Of a stretch of DNA of 64,000 nt, positions 27,551-38,211 are shown piece by piece. The position numbers and the translations under genes are program-made. Each line of letters opens with the position of its first letter. The stretch's first letter is position 1. The notes beneath the pieces are model-generated. The model was not told the origin of the DNA, did not search any database, and worked only from the letters and a program-made list of their open reading frames with translations. Origin of the DNA: a virus. The DNA lies in IMG/VR virus record IMGVR_UViG_3300044633_000899, positions 23,306-87,305 of that record; one strand, written 5' to 3'.

Positions 27551-28105
27551 ATGAAGAAAGCGATTTTATTTTTGGATAACGACGGTGTAATATGCCTTTC
27601 CAACAATTGGGGTGGTAGATTTAAGAAAAAAGGATTTGATTCTAATCCCCAAACACCAATGGATATTAGAATGGATGATTTTGATACTAAAGCGGTTAAA
27701 GTTTTAAATGAGATTATTAAGGAAACTGGTTGTGATATTGTGATGTCATCTGACTGGAAGAGACACGGTACTTTGGAACAAATACAAGAAATGTATGAAA
27801 TCCGAGGAATTAAAAAACCAATTGATTTAACACCATTCTTTACTGACTTAGCGGTTAAACAATTATTACCAAAAGATTTTATTTTACCGTATTTTGATCG
27901 TATAGAAATTGAACGACATATTGAAATCCTACATTGGTTAAAAGAACACCCAGAAGTAACACACTGGGTAGCAGTAGATGATTTAGATATGGGAATACAA
28001 GATGGTTGGGGTTTAACAAATTTTGTTCACTGTCAACGACCACATAATGAGGGAATAAAACAATCAGGAATTAAGGATAAGATTATAAAATTTTTAAATA
28101 GTTAA
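27551..28105 (+). CDS. HAD-superfamily hydrolase-like protein
   Basis: Motif I FLDNDGVI near the N-terminus. Confidence 0.45.
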   Translation: MKKAILFLDNDGVICLSNNWGGRFKKKGFDSNPQTPMDIRMDDFDTKAVKVLNEIIKETGCDIVMSSDWKRHGTLEQIQEMYEIRGIKKPIDLTPFFTDLAVKQLLPKDFILPYFDRIEIERHIEILHWLKEHPEVTHWVAVDDLDMGIQDGWGLTNFVHCQRPHNEGIKQSGIKDKIIKFLNS

Positions 28106-28164
28106 AGGTTAACTTCAATTAAAAATATAGTTACTTATCATAATAAAAAATAAGACAATATAAA

Positions 28165-28470
28165 ATGGTAAAAAAATTAAAATTATTTATGGTTGATGAA
28201 TCACCATATATGGTATCATTAGATCCGATTGAACTCGGTGATAAAGCGATTGTTACTGTTGGAGGACAATACCCTAGTATCGTTGAGTGTTCAACAAATC
28301 AAGTAATAATGTTAATCACTCAATCTAAATTAAAATCAACACAAGCGTATAAAGTTTTTTTAAATCCAGACAACGTTAAATTGACAACAGAACAGATAGA
28401 TAAAATTATAGAAAATTCCAATGAATTTGAAGTTGAAATAAATGGTAGTGAGATAACATACAATATATGA
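28165..28470 (+). CDS. hypothetical protein (101 aa)
   Basis: ORF. Confidence 0.45.
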   Translation: MVKKLKLFMVDESPYMVSLDPIELGDKAIVTVGGQYPSIVECSTNQVIMLITQSKLKSTQAYKVFLNPDNVKLTTEQIDKIIENSNEFEVEINGSEITYNI

Positions 28471-28561
28471 TTTTAGAATCAATATTAATTGTAACCTCAA
28501 CAATAATAATCACACTAATGATTACCTACGAATTATATCGTAGATTTAAAAACAAAAACTA

Positions 28562-29194
28562 ATGGGATATATTGAACATAATTTTTTCCCACTCAAAGTT
28601 TGGCTTAGGAATGAATATCTTTACCAAAATAAAAAGGGTCACGGTGAATTTACACCTGGTGTCATAATATCTGTAAGATGTATGCCAGGACAAGCAGCAT
28701 TATTCCAGGTTCTTTTAGAAAATGGTGTAATGCGAGACAAATTACCATCACATGCGTTATTAACGGAACCACAAACACCAAATCCAGATTTACCATTTCA
28801 TTATTTACAGTTATGGAATTGTTTCTCATATAATTTTACATTAACACATTTGTCTTATGTCTATGATACCAAAGTTGAGGTGTATATGAAAGATAAAAAA
28901 TGGTACACCGGAAGTTATTACGCAACAATAAATTGGGGTTCAAATGATCTTAATACAGATTTGTCATTAGCGGAAGATCCTATGGAACATAAGTCACACC
29001 ATATTATTTTACTTGATAACGGACAAATCGCACTTCAACCGAACAATAGAATTAAATGGTCAGAACCATCGTTTGTTACAAAACCATTTCCAGAAAGACC
29101 TGATTATTTGGTAAATAAAGATTGGTATAATTGCGAGGGTTTTGACAAATGGCACACAGAAGATAATGAAAAAATGTTTTATGACAATGAATAA
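28562..29194 (+). CDS. hypothetical protein (210 aa)
   Basis: ORF. Confidence 0.5.
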   Translation: MGYIEHNFFPLKVWLRNEYLYQNKKGHGEFTPGVIISVRCMPGQAALFQVLLENGVMRDKLPSHALLTEPQTPNPDLPFHYLQLWNCFSYNFTLTHLSYVYDTKVEVYMKDKKWYTGSYYATINWGSNDLNTDLSLAEDPMEHKSHHIILLDNGQIALQPNNRIKWSEPSFVTKPFPERPDYLVNKDWYNCEGFDKWHTEDNEKMFYDNE

Positions 29195-29598
29195 ACTATT
29201 AATGATAACAACACCTAAAGGAAATGGTGTAATTGAAAAAATATATAAGTCTGAATTAGATTTTTTAATGTTGAGGATTGATAATTTAGACGGGACTTAC
29301 ACAACATATAACTTAGGTAAGTATGATCCAGATAATAATATCTTTACAACAATAATAAATAATGAAAACACTGGATCTACACGGGATTAAACATTCTGAA
29401 GTACAAAGAGTTGTTGATGTTTTTCTTTGGGATAATATCCAGAAAAAAGAAAAAGAGGTTGAAATTATAACAGGGATTAGTGAACAAATGAAATTCATAG
29501 TTAAGAACTGTATAAAGGATTATAATATGGAATGTAATGATGATTTGTTAAATTTTGGAAAAATCATAGTAAAACTTGTCTAATTAAAAAAAAAGTTA

Positions 29599-29606
29599 TA
29601 TATTTG
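29599..29606 (+). promoter_or_regulatory. -7 promoter element TAtaTTTG
   Basis: tatatttg 35 nt upstream of ATG 29641. Confidence 0.35.
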
Positions 29607-29640
29607 TCAATATAAATTAAAACTATTAAATAACTTTAAA

Positions 29641-30216
29641 ATGTTACATATAATAACACCTTTATATCGTCCTACTAATTTACCAAAAGTTTACGCATCA
29701 ATATTTAAAAATGATGATATTATTTGGCATATTTCTAAATCATCTAAAGTTCCTGATCCAGAATATGATTTTCTAAAAAACGACAAACAAATCAAATTAT
29801 ATAATGTTGATTGTGAAGATTCGGATACAACCTCAAAAAGAAATTTTGTATTAGAAAAAATTAAAACTGGGTATTTTTGTTTTTTAGATGATGATACCAT
29901 CTTACACGAAAATATATATATAAAATATCTTGAGTGTAAAGAATATAATTTTATAGGGATGTTAGTTGGAGAACAAATAGATAATAATGGTAAATTACGA
30001 TTAATCGCTAGTAAACCAGTTTTTGGTAGAATTGATACTGGTAATGTAATTGCACATCATAAATGTTTAGAAGTGTGTAAATGGCCAACTCACAACCAAC
30101 CAGGTGTTAATCAAAAAGATTTTCTTTTTTGGGAGTCTGTTTATAATTACTATGGTAATAAATGTGGGATATGGAATCAAACTATAAGTTATTACAATAA
30201 AATAAAAGTTAATTAA
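29641..30216 (+). CDS. hypothetical protein (possible DxD-type glycosyltransferase-like)
   Basis: CFLDDDTI motif; weak. Confidence 0.3.
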   Translation: MLHIITPLYRPTNLPKVYASIFKNDDIIWHISKSSKVPDPEYDFLKNDKQIKLYNVDCEDSDTTSKRNFVLEKIKTGYFCFLDDDTILHENIYIKYLECKEYNFIGMLVGEQIDNNGKLRLIASKPVFGRIDTGNVIAHHKCLEVCKWPTHNQPGVNQKDFLFWESVYNYYGNKCGIWNQTISYYNKIKVN

Positions 30217-30217
30217 T

Positions 30218-30481
30218 ATGAAAAAACTATTTTTAACAATTCTAATGGGCATTATGGTAACATCTTGTACGGAAAATGAAAGAGTAAAACAATGGGGGGG
30301 AGAAGGAAACATTAAACTACCAAAGGGTCGTAAATTAGTTAATGTAACCTGGAAAGAAACTCAAGTTTGGTATTTAACACGACCAATGAACTCAAACGAC
30401 GTTGCGGAAACATATCAATTCCAGGAAGAATCATCTTGGGGTGTAATGGAAGGAACATATAACATTATTGAAACAAAATAA
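30218..30481 (+). CDS. small lipoprotein
   Basis: MKKLFLTILMGIMVTSC signal peptide with lipobox Cys. Confidence 0.5.
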   Translation: MKKLFLTILMGIMVTSCTENERVKQWGGEGNIKLPKGRKLVNVTWKETQVWYLTRPMNSNDVAETYQFQEESSWGVMEGTYNIIETK

Positions 30482-30483
30482 TT

Positions 30484-30732
30484 ATGACTGAAAGAGAGTT
30501 AATAACTTTAGGTTTTTTAAGTGAGGAAATAAGAGAACACGATGAAGATGATGCTTATTACTACGCCTTAGATGTTGTTGATGGAATAACATTTATAACA
30601 ACAACTAATGATGAAATCAAAGATGATGAGTGGTACGTAGAAATTTTCAATACGGATCCCATTATTAGATTTTATGATTTTCAAGAAGTCCAAGGGCTGA
30701 TAAACACATTAAAAAATAGGATTGTAAAATGA
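30484..30732 (+). CDS. hypothetical acidic small protein
   Basis: ORF. Confidence 0.4.
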   Translation: MTERELITLGFLSEEIREHDEDDAYYYALDVVDGITFITTTNDEIKDDEWYVEIFNTDPIIRFYDFQEVQGLINTLKNRIVK

Positions 30733-30923
30733 CAAACAAACAAGTTATTTATGAAACATTATTAAATGAACATAGATTAATTACAAATCAAATTTCGGAC
30801 ATCAAAGCAAATAGTTATGATTTAAATGAATCCGAAAAAAATAAAGTAGTAGAATTACAAAAAAGACAAGTTGAATTAATGAATAGAATGAAAACATTAT
30901 TCAACGGAAATTTCGGAAAATAA
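30729..30923 (+). CDS. hypothetical small protein
   Basis: ORF overlapping the upstream stop. Confidence 0.4.
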   Translation: MTNKQVIYETLLNEHRLITNQISDIKANSYDLNESEKNKVVELQKRQVELMNRMKTLFNGNFGK

Positions 30924-30928
30924 GAGTT

Positions 30929-31291
30929 ATGGGAATGTTTGATAGTTTATATTTTGATAAAGAAATATTACCGTTATCGGATGATATTTTAAAGGATTTT
31001 CCAAATGATATTGAGTGGCAAACAAAATCATTAGAATGTGTTCTTGATAGATTGACAATTAAAGATGGTGAATTACTTGTACAAAGGTATGAAACAGAAT
31101 TAACACCTGAAAACGAAAGACCATACCCAAATGACTCCAGACTTAGTTTTATTGGAATGTACCGAAAAATTAACGAAAGGTTTGAGAAATATGAACACAC
31201 TGGATCAATTATGTTTTATTCATTTGTTAATGATGTCTGGTACGAATTTTTTGGGGAGTTCCAGGATGGTAAATTAATTAAAATAACCTAA
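30929..31291 (+). CDS. hypothetical protein (120 aa)
   Basis: ORF. Confidence 0.45.
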   Translation: MGMFDSLYFDKEILPLSDDILKDFPNDIEWQTKSLECVLDRLTIKDGELLVQRYETELTPENERPYPNDSRLSFIGMYRKINERFEKYEHTGSIMFYSFVNDVWYEFFGEFQDGKLIKIT

Positions 31292-31342
31292 CAAATAATT
31301 TGATTATTTAAAAATAAATGATTAATTTTACCAAAAAAAGAT

Positions 31343-31522
31343 ATGAAGTATTTTAAATTATTTTTGATGTGGTGTGGATTTATAACAATCACGTCAATGT
31401 TCGCTGAATATATTATCAGCAGAGAATTAAACGGATTCCTCCAATTGTTAAGTTTCGTTGGATTGGTTGGGATTTTTATTTTTACAATATACGAAACAGT
31501 AAATTTATTTAAAAACAATTAA
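31343..31522 (+). CDS. small two-TM membrane protein (59 aa), possible NfeD-like partner of the SPFH protein
   Basis: MKYFKLFLMWCGFITITSMF...LLSFVGLVGIFIFTIY, immediately upstream of the SPFH gene; preferred over the antisense track ORF 31288-31518. Confidence 0.4.
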   Translation: MKYFKLFLMWCGFITITSMFAEYIISRELNGFLQLLSFVGLVGIFIFTIYETVNLFKNN

Positions 31523-31534
31523 AAAAAAAGAAAA

Positions 31535-32482
31535 ATGATTGGACTATTAATTTTTATTTTAGGATTAGCAATTGCTGGAGTTATTGCTTACACAACACGA
31601 GAACAAATGTTTGAAATTGTTGAATCACGTTATGGTAATTCAGAAGAATTCAAACCATCCTGGGTGGTTAAACCATTATCAGTTTTATTATTAACAATGT
31701 TGATTGGTATGGTACAACCATTCGCGATTGAAAAAATTGATGCTGGAAACAAAGGGTTAAAAGTTAACTTAGTAGGTAACCAAAGAGGAGTATCAAGTTA
31801 TCAATACAAAACTGGTTGGGTAGTTTATAACACCTGGACAGAACAGATTTTAGAGTTTCCAATTTATCAACAACACATTGAATACGATGATCAAATTGTT
31901 ATATTAAAAGGTGGATTCTCAGCAACAATTAAACCAACATTTAATTATTCATTAAAAGAAAATGCTATTGGAGATATGTTTGTGAATTTAAGGAAACCAA
32001 TCACAGATATTGAACAGTTTTGGCTTAAAAATGCAATCGTTGGTGCCGTTAATGATGAGGCCAATAAATGGGAAGTTGATAGTATATTTAATCACAGACA
32101 AGCGTTTGAAGCAGCAATTGTAGTTGAATGTAACGCAAGACTTTCTAAGTGGTTCAATGTATCACAATTAAGAACAAACATTACACCACCAGAGGCGTTA
32201 CAAGAATCAATTATTGCCAAAACAAAATCAATCCAACAAGCACAAGCGTCAGAACAACAAGCGTTAGCCGCAATTGCTGATGGTAAAAGAAAAATCGCGG
32301 TAGCAAGGGCTGATAGTGCTGAAACAGTAATCAACGCATCCGCAAAGGCAAAAGCAATGGATCTTACACAACAAAAATTAACATCACTTTATGTTGAATA
32401 TAAGAAAGTTGAAAAATGGGACGGAAAATTACCAACAACAGTTGCTGGTGGATCTGGGACATTTCTAAATATAAAACAATAA
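31535..32482 (+). CDS. SPFH/band-7 (stomatin/prohibitin-like) membrane protein
   Basis: N-terminal TM, SPFH core, C-terminal AQASEQQALAAIADGKRKIAVARADSAE coiled region typical of HflK/C and stomatin. Confidence 0.7.
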   Translation: MIGLLIFILGLAIAGVIAYTTREQMFEIVESRYGNSEEFKPSWVVKPLSVLLLTMLIGMVQPFAIEKIDAGNKGLKVNLVGNQRGVSSYQYKTGWVVYNTWTEQILEFPIYQQHIEYDDQIVILKGGFSATIKPTFNYSLKENAIGDMFVNLRKPITDIEQFWLKNAIVGAVNDEANKWEVDSIFNHRQAFEAAIVVECNARLSKWFNVSQLRTNITPPEALQESIIAKTKSIQQAQASEQQALAAIADGKRKIAVARADSAETVINASAKAKAMDLTQQKLTSLYVEYKKVEKWDGKLPTTVAGGSGTFLNIKQ

Positions 32483-32507
32483 AGTTTTATATTAATATAT
32501 AAAGAAT

Positions 32508-32547
32508 CCCCCCAGGTAAAAAAATATCTTGGGGGGTTTGTTTTTTT
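32508..32547 (+). terminator. intrinsic terminator
   Basis: cccccc aggtaaaaaaatatctt gggggg + T-run. Confidence 0.75.
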
Positions 32548-32584
32548 AAAAAAAATGTTGTACATTTGTATAAAATATAAACAA

Positions 32585-32824
32585 ATGAAAATAGAAACAA
32601 ATGACGATGTTATCTTCTTGAAAGAAGTATATAACACAATAATATTAAAAACCAATGAAGGTAAATGTCTATACCTTTGTATGAGAGATGGTGGATTTGA
32701 AATGTCATTAGATAATAAAAATTGGCACATTATTCATAGTGATGATGACTTTACAAAACCTAGTTTAACTAACCCAAGAAATCTTCAATTGGATGATGAT
32801 ATCCCACAATCAAATAAATCATAA
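32585..32824 (+). CDS. hypothetical protein (start moved to MKIETND)
   Basis: -7 motif tacatttg at 32561-32568 lies inside the track ORF start, so the downstream ATG 32585 is used. Confidence 0.45.
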   Translation: MKIETNDDVIFLKEVYNTIILKTNEGKCLYLCMRDGGFEMSLDNKNWHIIHSDDDFTKPSLTNPRNLQLDDDIPQSNKS

Positions 32825-33024
32825 TAAGATGATACAAGAACAAGGAGAAAAAAATAATAATATATTCCAACGTATAAAAGTAGCGTATCGGAGATATAAG
32901 TCAGATGTGTATTTTGTTAAAAACAAGAATAAATTCTGGAAACAGAGACCTTATAGATGGGGTATAACCCACATTTCAATAGCAAAACATGCTATCTATT
33001 GGGAAATAATTAAATCAGAATAAG

Positions 33025-33276
33025 ATGACAGCAGTAGAAGTAATGATAAATGAATTTCAAAAAGAACTTGAAGTGTCTACCCAAATTGGAAATGAAGATA
33101 AAATTAGAATGATTAAACATCTAATTAATATCGCAGGTCAGTATTTACCAAAGGAGAAAGAGCAACACAATGAAACCTGGGACATTGCACACCAAGCGGG
33201 TAGATTTGAAGGTAAAGGGATTGCTGAAGAAAATTGGCAAACATTTGAAACACATTGGGAAGAAACATTTAAATAA
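33025..33276 (+). CDS. hypothetical protein (83 aa)
   Basis: ORF. Confidence 0.4.
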   Translation: MTAVEVMINEFQKELEVSTQIGNEDKIRMIKHLINIAGQYLPKEKEQHNETWDIAHQAGRFEGKGIAEENWQTFETHWEETFK

Positions 33277-33283
33277 TAATAAA

Positions 33284-33694
33284 ATGGAAAAAGAATTTGT
33301 ACCTTATGAGTTGGCAGTTAAACTTAAAGAATTAGGATTTGATGAACCTTGTTTTGGATGTTACACTAAAGAGGGTCAATTATCGTATGACTTTTCAGAT
33401 AACCGAGGAATAGGACATTATTTTCAAAGTTGTGTAGCACCAACATTCTCACAATGTTTTAAATGGTTTAGAGAGAAATACCAGATATTTCCCGAAGTGT
33501 TAACCGATTGTACTACAGAACCGAAATTTGTTTTTACCTATAACACATTTTATGGAAACCCAAAAGATTTAACTGAACAAGAGTGGGGTTGGGAAAATAA
33601 TATAGGTCAATATTCTGATATATATAGAACCTATGAAGATGCAGAATTGGAATGTTTGAAAAAATTAATTGAAATTGTGGAATCTAAATCATAA
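33284..33694 (+). CDS. MEKEFVPY-family protein (paralog of 39348)
   Basis: N-terminus MEKEFVPYELAVKLKELGFDEPCFGCY vs MEKEFVPYNIAVRLKELGFNDECFGSY. Confidence 0.55.
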   Translation: MEKEFVPYELAVKLKELGFDEPCFGCYTKEGQLSYDFSDNRGIGHYFQSCVAPTFSQCFKWFREKYQIFPEVLTDCTTEPKFVFTYNTFYGNPKDLTEQEWGWENNIGQYSDIYRTYEDAELECLKKLIEIVESKS

Positions 33695-33711
33695 TAAGAT
33701 ACAAAACAATT

Positions 33712-34083
33712 ATGACAAATTTAGAAATATTTACGAAGGAATACGAAACACTTAAAGGTCAATTTGTTTTGGTTGATACTGAGGCGATACGTTTGATTGG
33801 GATTGCTGAAGATGAAATTGACTATTACTATGTGTTATATAATGGTAGAACGTTACGATTAACAAGTTGTGTAATACGATTGACACCACTTAAAGGATTC
33901 ATACAGGATGATCATTATAATGATATGGTTAGAATCGCAAAATTAAATCATTATGATCAAGTAACACTTTGGGGATCCAAGGATGACGAACTAATTGGTT
34001 TTAATGAAAAACACAAAGAAGAGTTAATAAATGGGTGGAATGACACAAAATTTATACTTGGACCTTACTGGGATCTAAATTAA
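33712..34083 (+). CDS. hypothetical protein (123 aa)
   Basis: ORF. Confidence 0.5.
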   Translation: MTNLEIFTKEYETLKGQFVLVDTEAIRLIGIAEDEIDYYYVLYNGRTLRLTSCVIRLTPLKGFIQDDHYNDMVRIAKLNHYDQVTLWGSKDDELIGFNEKHKEELINGWNDTKFILGPYWDLN

Positions 34084-34134
34084 TTTGGATATTAAATAAA
34101 TAATAGTTATTTTTGTTGTTATAAAATAAATAAT

Positions 34135-34374
34135 ATGGAAAAAAGAAGTATACACTACGGAGACGTAGCAAAATGGATTGAGAAAGTAATTGATTCTTGT
34201 GAAACACATAATCAATTAATTACGGCTAGAAACCTAGTTTCTAATTTTAGAAAACGACTATCTTCAGATAATCTTTATCACTCAAAATACCACTATAGTG
34301 TTATAATACCACTTGACAATCGTATCACATATAAGCGTGATAATTTAAGGATGATAAGGTTAACACACCAATAA
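34135..34374 (+). CDS. hypothetical protein (79 aa)
   Basis: ORF. Confidence 0.4.
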   Translation: MEKRSIHYGDVAKWIEKVIDSCETHNQLITARNLVSNFRKRLSSDNLYHSKYHYSVIIPLDNRITYKRDNLRMIRLTHQ

Positions 34375-34726
34375 TATGGAAGAAACAAAAATTACTGAAA
34401 AAGAAAATAGTGGTGTTGAAATACTCAAAGATTACTTACCTGGGTTTATAGAACAATTTGGTGATGGTCCTCTTGGTGAATTGAATCCAGATGATTGGGA
34501 CGCACTTAATTTTTTAATGTGGTTAGAACTTAATAATTACAAAATAGTAAAAAAATGATTACAAACAAAGAAGTTGAAATTGTAGCATTGAATGGGTATC
34601 TTGAAGGGTTAAATTATAGACATACCTCTCTTGTAAGTATAAGTAAAAATCCACTTTATAAATCTGATTTGAAAGAAGAGATAGAAAAAGTGTTAAATGA
34701 GATTAAAGAAGTTAAAAACAAATTAA

Positions 34727-35329
34727 ATGATTGATAACATAGAACTTATAAAACCTTTATTAAATTTTTCTGAACCTGGAGATTTTTATATGTTATATAT
34801 TTTTATACGTAAAAAAGATCAACCCGAAGGAGAAAGAGATAATCACCAATCAGTTAGAACAATAAAAACTTATTGTGTTGATTCTATCCCATACCTTGAA
34901 AAAAGATATGATGAGATAAAACAACTATGTGAGATGTTTAAAGCGCGTGCGTACATTCACGTCCAAAAACAAAATCATAGAGATGTATCGTTAAATATGA
35001 TGGTCGCGTTGGCACAGAAAATCCAGAACGGTAATCATAAACAACAAGGATTGTTTGATTCTGTTGTTGGGCAAATTAAAACATATGAAAAAAATTGGGT
35101 TGTGGATATTGATTTAAAAGACAGGTTGTTTTGTGAAGAGGTTGCAGAATTTATTAACACACTTAAACCTGAAGGTGATAAAATTAAAACGGCTATACCA
35201 ACCAAAAATGGTTATCATTTAATCACTAAAAGATTTGATGTTAAAACATTCTCTGAAATATACCCAGAAATCCAAATACAAAAAAAGAACCCAACGCTTC
35301 TTTTTTTACCCAAATCGTTAGAACTGTAA
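34727..35329 (+). CDS. hypothetical protein (200 aa)
   Basis: ORF. Confidence 0.5.
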   Translation: MIDNIELIKPLLNFSEPGDFYMLYIFIRKKDQPEGERDNHQSVRTIKTYCVDSIPYLEKRYDEIKQLCEMFKARAYIHVQKQNHRDVSLNMMVALAQKIQNGNHKQQGLFDSVVGQIKTYEKNWVVDIDLKDRLFCEEVAEFINTLKPEGDKIKTAIPTKNGYHLITKRFDVKTFSEIYPEIQIQKKNPTLLFLPKSLEL

Positions 35330-35349
35330 ATAATATAAAATAAATAAAG

Positions 35350-35616
35350 ATGGAAAAAGTAATTAAAATGAATTTAGGAATTGGGATGAATATGTTATTT
35401 CCAGAACCAGTAACTATCGTAATTGAATCTTTTGAAGAAAGATATGAGAAATATCGTGAATTTTGCAAAACAATTGAAGAACCTGATTATGATTTTTTGG
35501 TGGATGATCCAAACCAAAATAAAGTTAGAATATTAACGTTAGATGAATTTATAGATACGTGGCATACAAGTACAACATTTCAAGAAAAATTTAAAATTAA
35601 TGAAGATGAAATATAA
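35350..35616 (+). CDS. hypothetical protein (88 aa)
   Basis: ORF. Confidence 0.45.
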   Translation: MEKVIKMNLGIGMNMLFPEPVTIVIESFEERYEKYREFCKTIEEPDYDFLVDDPNQNKVRILTLDEFIDTWHTSTTFQEKFKINEDEI

Positions 35617-35824
35617 AATAATTAAATGGTTTGAATTGAATATCGGTTGGTTTTTCGTTAATGGTAGAAAACAAGATAAGTACATTGAATATTTAAAAAA
35701 TAAATATGAAAATAATTGAATGTACTGATTACGACAGTATGGGTAATCACGGACGATTTCCGTTAAAGAAAAAAACAAAGTCAATCCGACAAAAACTGAT
35801 TGACATTTACAACAGATTTAAAAG

Positions 35825-36175
35825 ATGACAAACATAAATAATTTATTGATCGGAATAATATTCGGGGTTTTAGCACAAATACTAACGTTTTTTCAATTAC
35901 AAGGTCAAATGAAATTTGAATGGGTAAAAGAAAACTACTGGTTAACAGTTTTAGTTGGGATTCCGATATCAATGTTGTTTATGTTTTCGGTAAAAAATAT
36001 GATAATTGCTTTTAATGGTGAAATGTGGCCATCAAGATTGTTTGGTTTTAGTATTGGTGCAATTGTGTTTACCATATTGAGTTGGTTAGTCTTTAGTGAA
36101 CCACTAACAACTAAAACTTACGTTTGTCTGTTTTTAGCCTTGTTAATATTGTTGATTCAATTATTTTGGAAGTAA
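35825..36175 (+). CDS. integral membrane protein (4 predicted TM helices)
   Basis: Hydrophobic stretches LLIGIIFGVLAQILTFF, WLTVLVGIPISMLFMF, FGFSIGAIVFTILSWLVF, VCLFLALLILLIQLF. Confidence 0.55.
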   Translation: MTNINNLLIGIIFGVLAQILTFFQLQGQMKFEWVKENYWLTVLVGIPISMLFMFSVKNMIIAFNGEMWPSRLFGFSIGAIVFTILSWLVFSEPLTTKTYVCLFLALLILLIQLFWK

Positions 36176-36245
36176 TGAAAAGAAAACTACAAAAATTATT
36201 ACTTTGGTTAAGTTATAAATTTCCAAAGAAAAAAAGAAAATCAAT

Positions 36246-36518
36246 TTGGGAATTATGATGGAAGAAAATAATTATGATCCGTATTGTCCAGTATGTGGAT
36301 CCTGTGGTGAAGATGGATGCTGCCCAGCAACATCGTGTAAACAACATCCAGATGGTCATTATTGTCAAACATATCTTGCCGAATTAAAATTCGGATATTT
36401 GATGTATCACAAATTACTTGAATTAATTGATGGTGATGAAAAATATAAGGAACAAGTTGATGAGATTTGGGATAAGTTATATGATCAAATTTTTTATGAT
36501 GACAAAGAAGATAAATAA
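36246..36518 (+). CDS. Cys-rich small protein (putative zinc-binding)
   Basis: CPVCGSCGEDGCCPATSC cluster. Confidence 0.45.
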   Translation: MGIMMEENNYDPYCPVCGSCGEDGCCPATSCKQHPDGHYCQTYLAELKFGYLMYHKLLELIDGDEKYKEQVDEIWDKLYDQIFYDDKEDK

Positions 36519-36560
36519 ACAAATAGGAATAACAAGTAATATACATTTAATTTAAAACAT

Positions 36561-36908
36561 ATGGAAAATTGGTTATTAAATTGGTCAGGGTGGTTAACAA
36601 TGAATACACACGCTGAAATTGATGGGTTCAACTTTGAAGATGGACCAGATTGGTATTATGCTGCGTTTAAGGCTTGGCAAAAAAACTCAATGTATGGTCA
36701 AGATTATGAAAGACATAAAACGGCATTTTCTTTAAGTGAATCACAACAAAATAAGTTGGATGAATGGAAGGGTCATATTAAGGCTGTATTTGGTGAATAT
36801 GGTGATTATGACTTCATATTTAAACCAAATGGTATTGGTATGTCTGTTTCCGTTTATAGTGAATTAGCGGACAGAGAATTGGATTTAACAGAAATAGAAA
36901 ATTGGTAG
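36561..36908 (+). CDS. hypothetical protein (115 aa)
   Basis: ORF. Confidence 0.45.
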   Translation: MENWLLNWSGWLTMNTHAEIDGFNFEDGPDWYYAAFKAWQKNSMYGQDYERHKTAFSLSESQQNKLDEWKGHIKAVFGEYGDYDFIFKPNGIGMSVSVYSELADRELDLTEIENW

Positions 36909-37294
36909 TTATGGGTGAAATAAATAATATGGATTGGAGAACGACATACCATACAGAAAGTACTGATGGGAAAACAGAACACATTATTTGTGAATTATGG
37001 ATTAATTTCCCAAATTCAATATGGAATCCAAAGGTGGAAAGTCCAATAATAAAACTACATTATCACGACAGAAAAGGTAAAATATTTTGGCCAGAAACTA
37101 ATTATGTTATTGAACCAAATAAATCATGCACAATTGAGTTTAATTATTTCCAAAGACAACCTAACAAAGGGTTATATTCAGGTATAAATGGTTCACCAGC
37201 GTATGATGATTTTAATTTAGATTACTGTAAAGATTATGCGGTTAAATTAATATCTGAAAGATTAAATGATGTTGTAAATCAATTAAAAAAATAA
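36902..37294 (+). CDS. hypothetical protein (130 aa)
   Basis: ORF. Confidence 0.45.
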   Translation: MVVMGEINNMDWRTTYHTESTDGKTEHIICELWINFPNSIWNPKVESPIIKLHYHDRKGKIFWPETNYVIEPNKSCTIEFNYFQRQPNKGLYSGINGSPAYDDFNLDYCKDYAVKLISERLNDVVNQLKK

Positions 37295-37295
37295 T

Positions 37296-37565
37296 ATGGA
37301 AAAAACTGATAATATGTTGAGATATGAAAAGGCTCACGATGATGTAAGAAAAATTTTTGAGAGTGATAAATCACTTGATGAAAGATTAAATGAGTTTAAT
37401 GATTATTTAAAAGGTTATGTGAATAATATTGATGAAGAAGATAATGGAATGATTAGAACTTTATTAGTTATTGGTAAGTCTTTTAAAACCAACCCAATTG
37501 TTAAGGATAATCTTGATTATTTGGTAACCACATTAAAGACAAGGTTAAACGTTAATTTTATTTAA
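37296..37565 (+). CDS. hypothetical protein (89 aa)
   Basis: ORF. Confidence 0.4.
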   Translation: MEKTDNMLRYEKAHDDVRKIFESDKSLDERLNEFNDYLKGYVNNIDEEDNGMIRTLLVIGKSFKTNPIVKDNLDYLVTTLKTRLNVNFI

Positions 37566-37660
37566 AATAATTGACTGATGAAAAAAATTTACATATTTTT
37601 TTGGTGGTTATGTTACTATCCAGAAATAGTCTGGATTAAATTTAAAACATATTTTAAAAG

Positions 37661-38023
37661 ATGATGAATAAAGAAAAATACAACGAGATTATTGATGAGG
37701 TGTATGACAAATACACAACCAAGTATGTAGGTTATGACGATGTACCATCAAAAGAATTGTTTTTGTTTGAGATTAGAACAAATAAAGAATTCTCTGAAAA
37801 GTGGGGATTAAAGATTGAGGAACGAGAGTTGAGTTTGGAAGAGAGATATGAACTTTGTAAAGAAAATACAAATAAAAACCCATTAAAGTATTCAGATGAA
37901 AATGGTAACTATCCCGAACATATACAAAAACCTATATTAAAATGGATGGAAAGTGAAAATATCCCAACCAAACTAATCACAATAACATATAACAACGAAA
38001 CAATAGAAAATTATGAATATTAA
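37661..38023 (+). CDS. FSEKWGLKIEER-family protein (tandem paralog of 38212)
   Basis: Shared block FSEKWGLKIEERELSLEERYEL / FSEKWGLKIEERSLSYSEREEL. Confidence 0.5.
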   Translation: MMNKEKYNEIIDEVYDKYTTKYVGYDDVPSKELFLFEIRTNKEFSEKWGLKIEERELSLEERYELCKENTNKNPLKYSDENGNYPEHIQKPILKWMESENIPTKLITITYNNETIENYEY

Positions 38024-38211
38024 AATTGATGGAAATGATTTACTCAAAAATATGATGTTTTGGAGTGAGAAAACGGATGATGATTGTGTTGAAATGGCAA
38101 CTGTTGAAGGTAAACTAGATGCTGAACAAGCACTTATTAACATGATAGAAAGAGATTTTGCCTTAGAGTTTAATAAGGAAGTTATTGAAGGATTAAAAAA
38201 CTTAGGAACAG

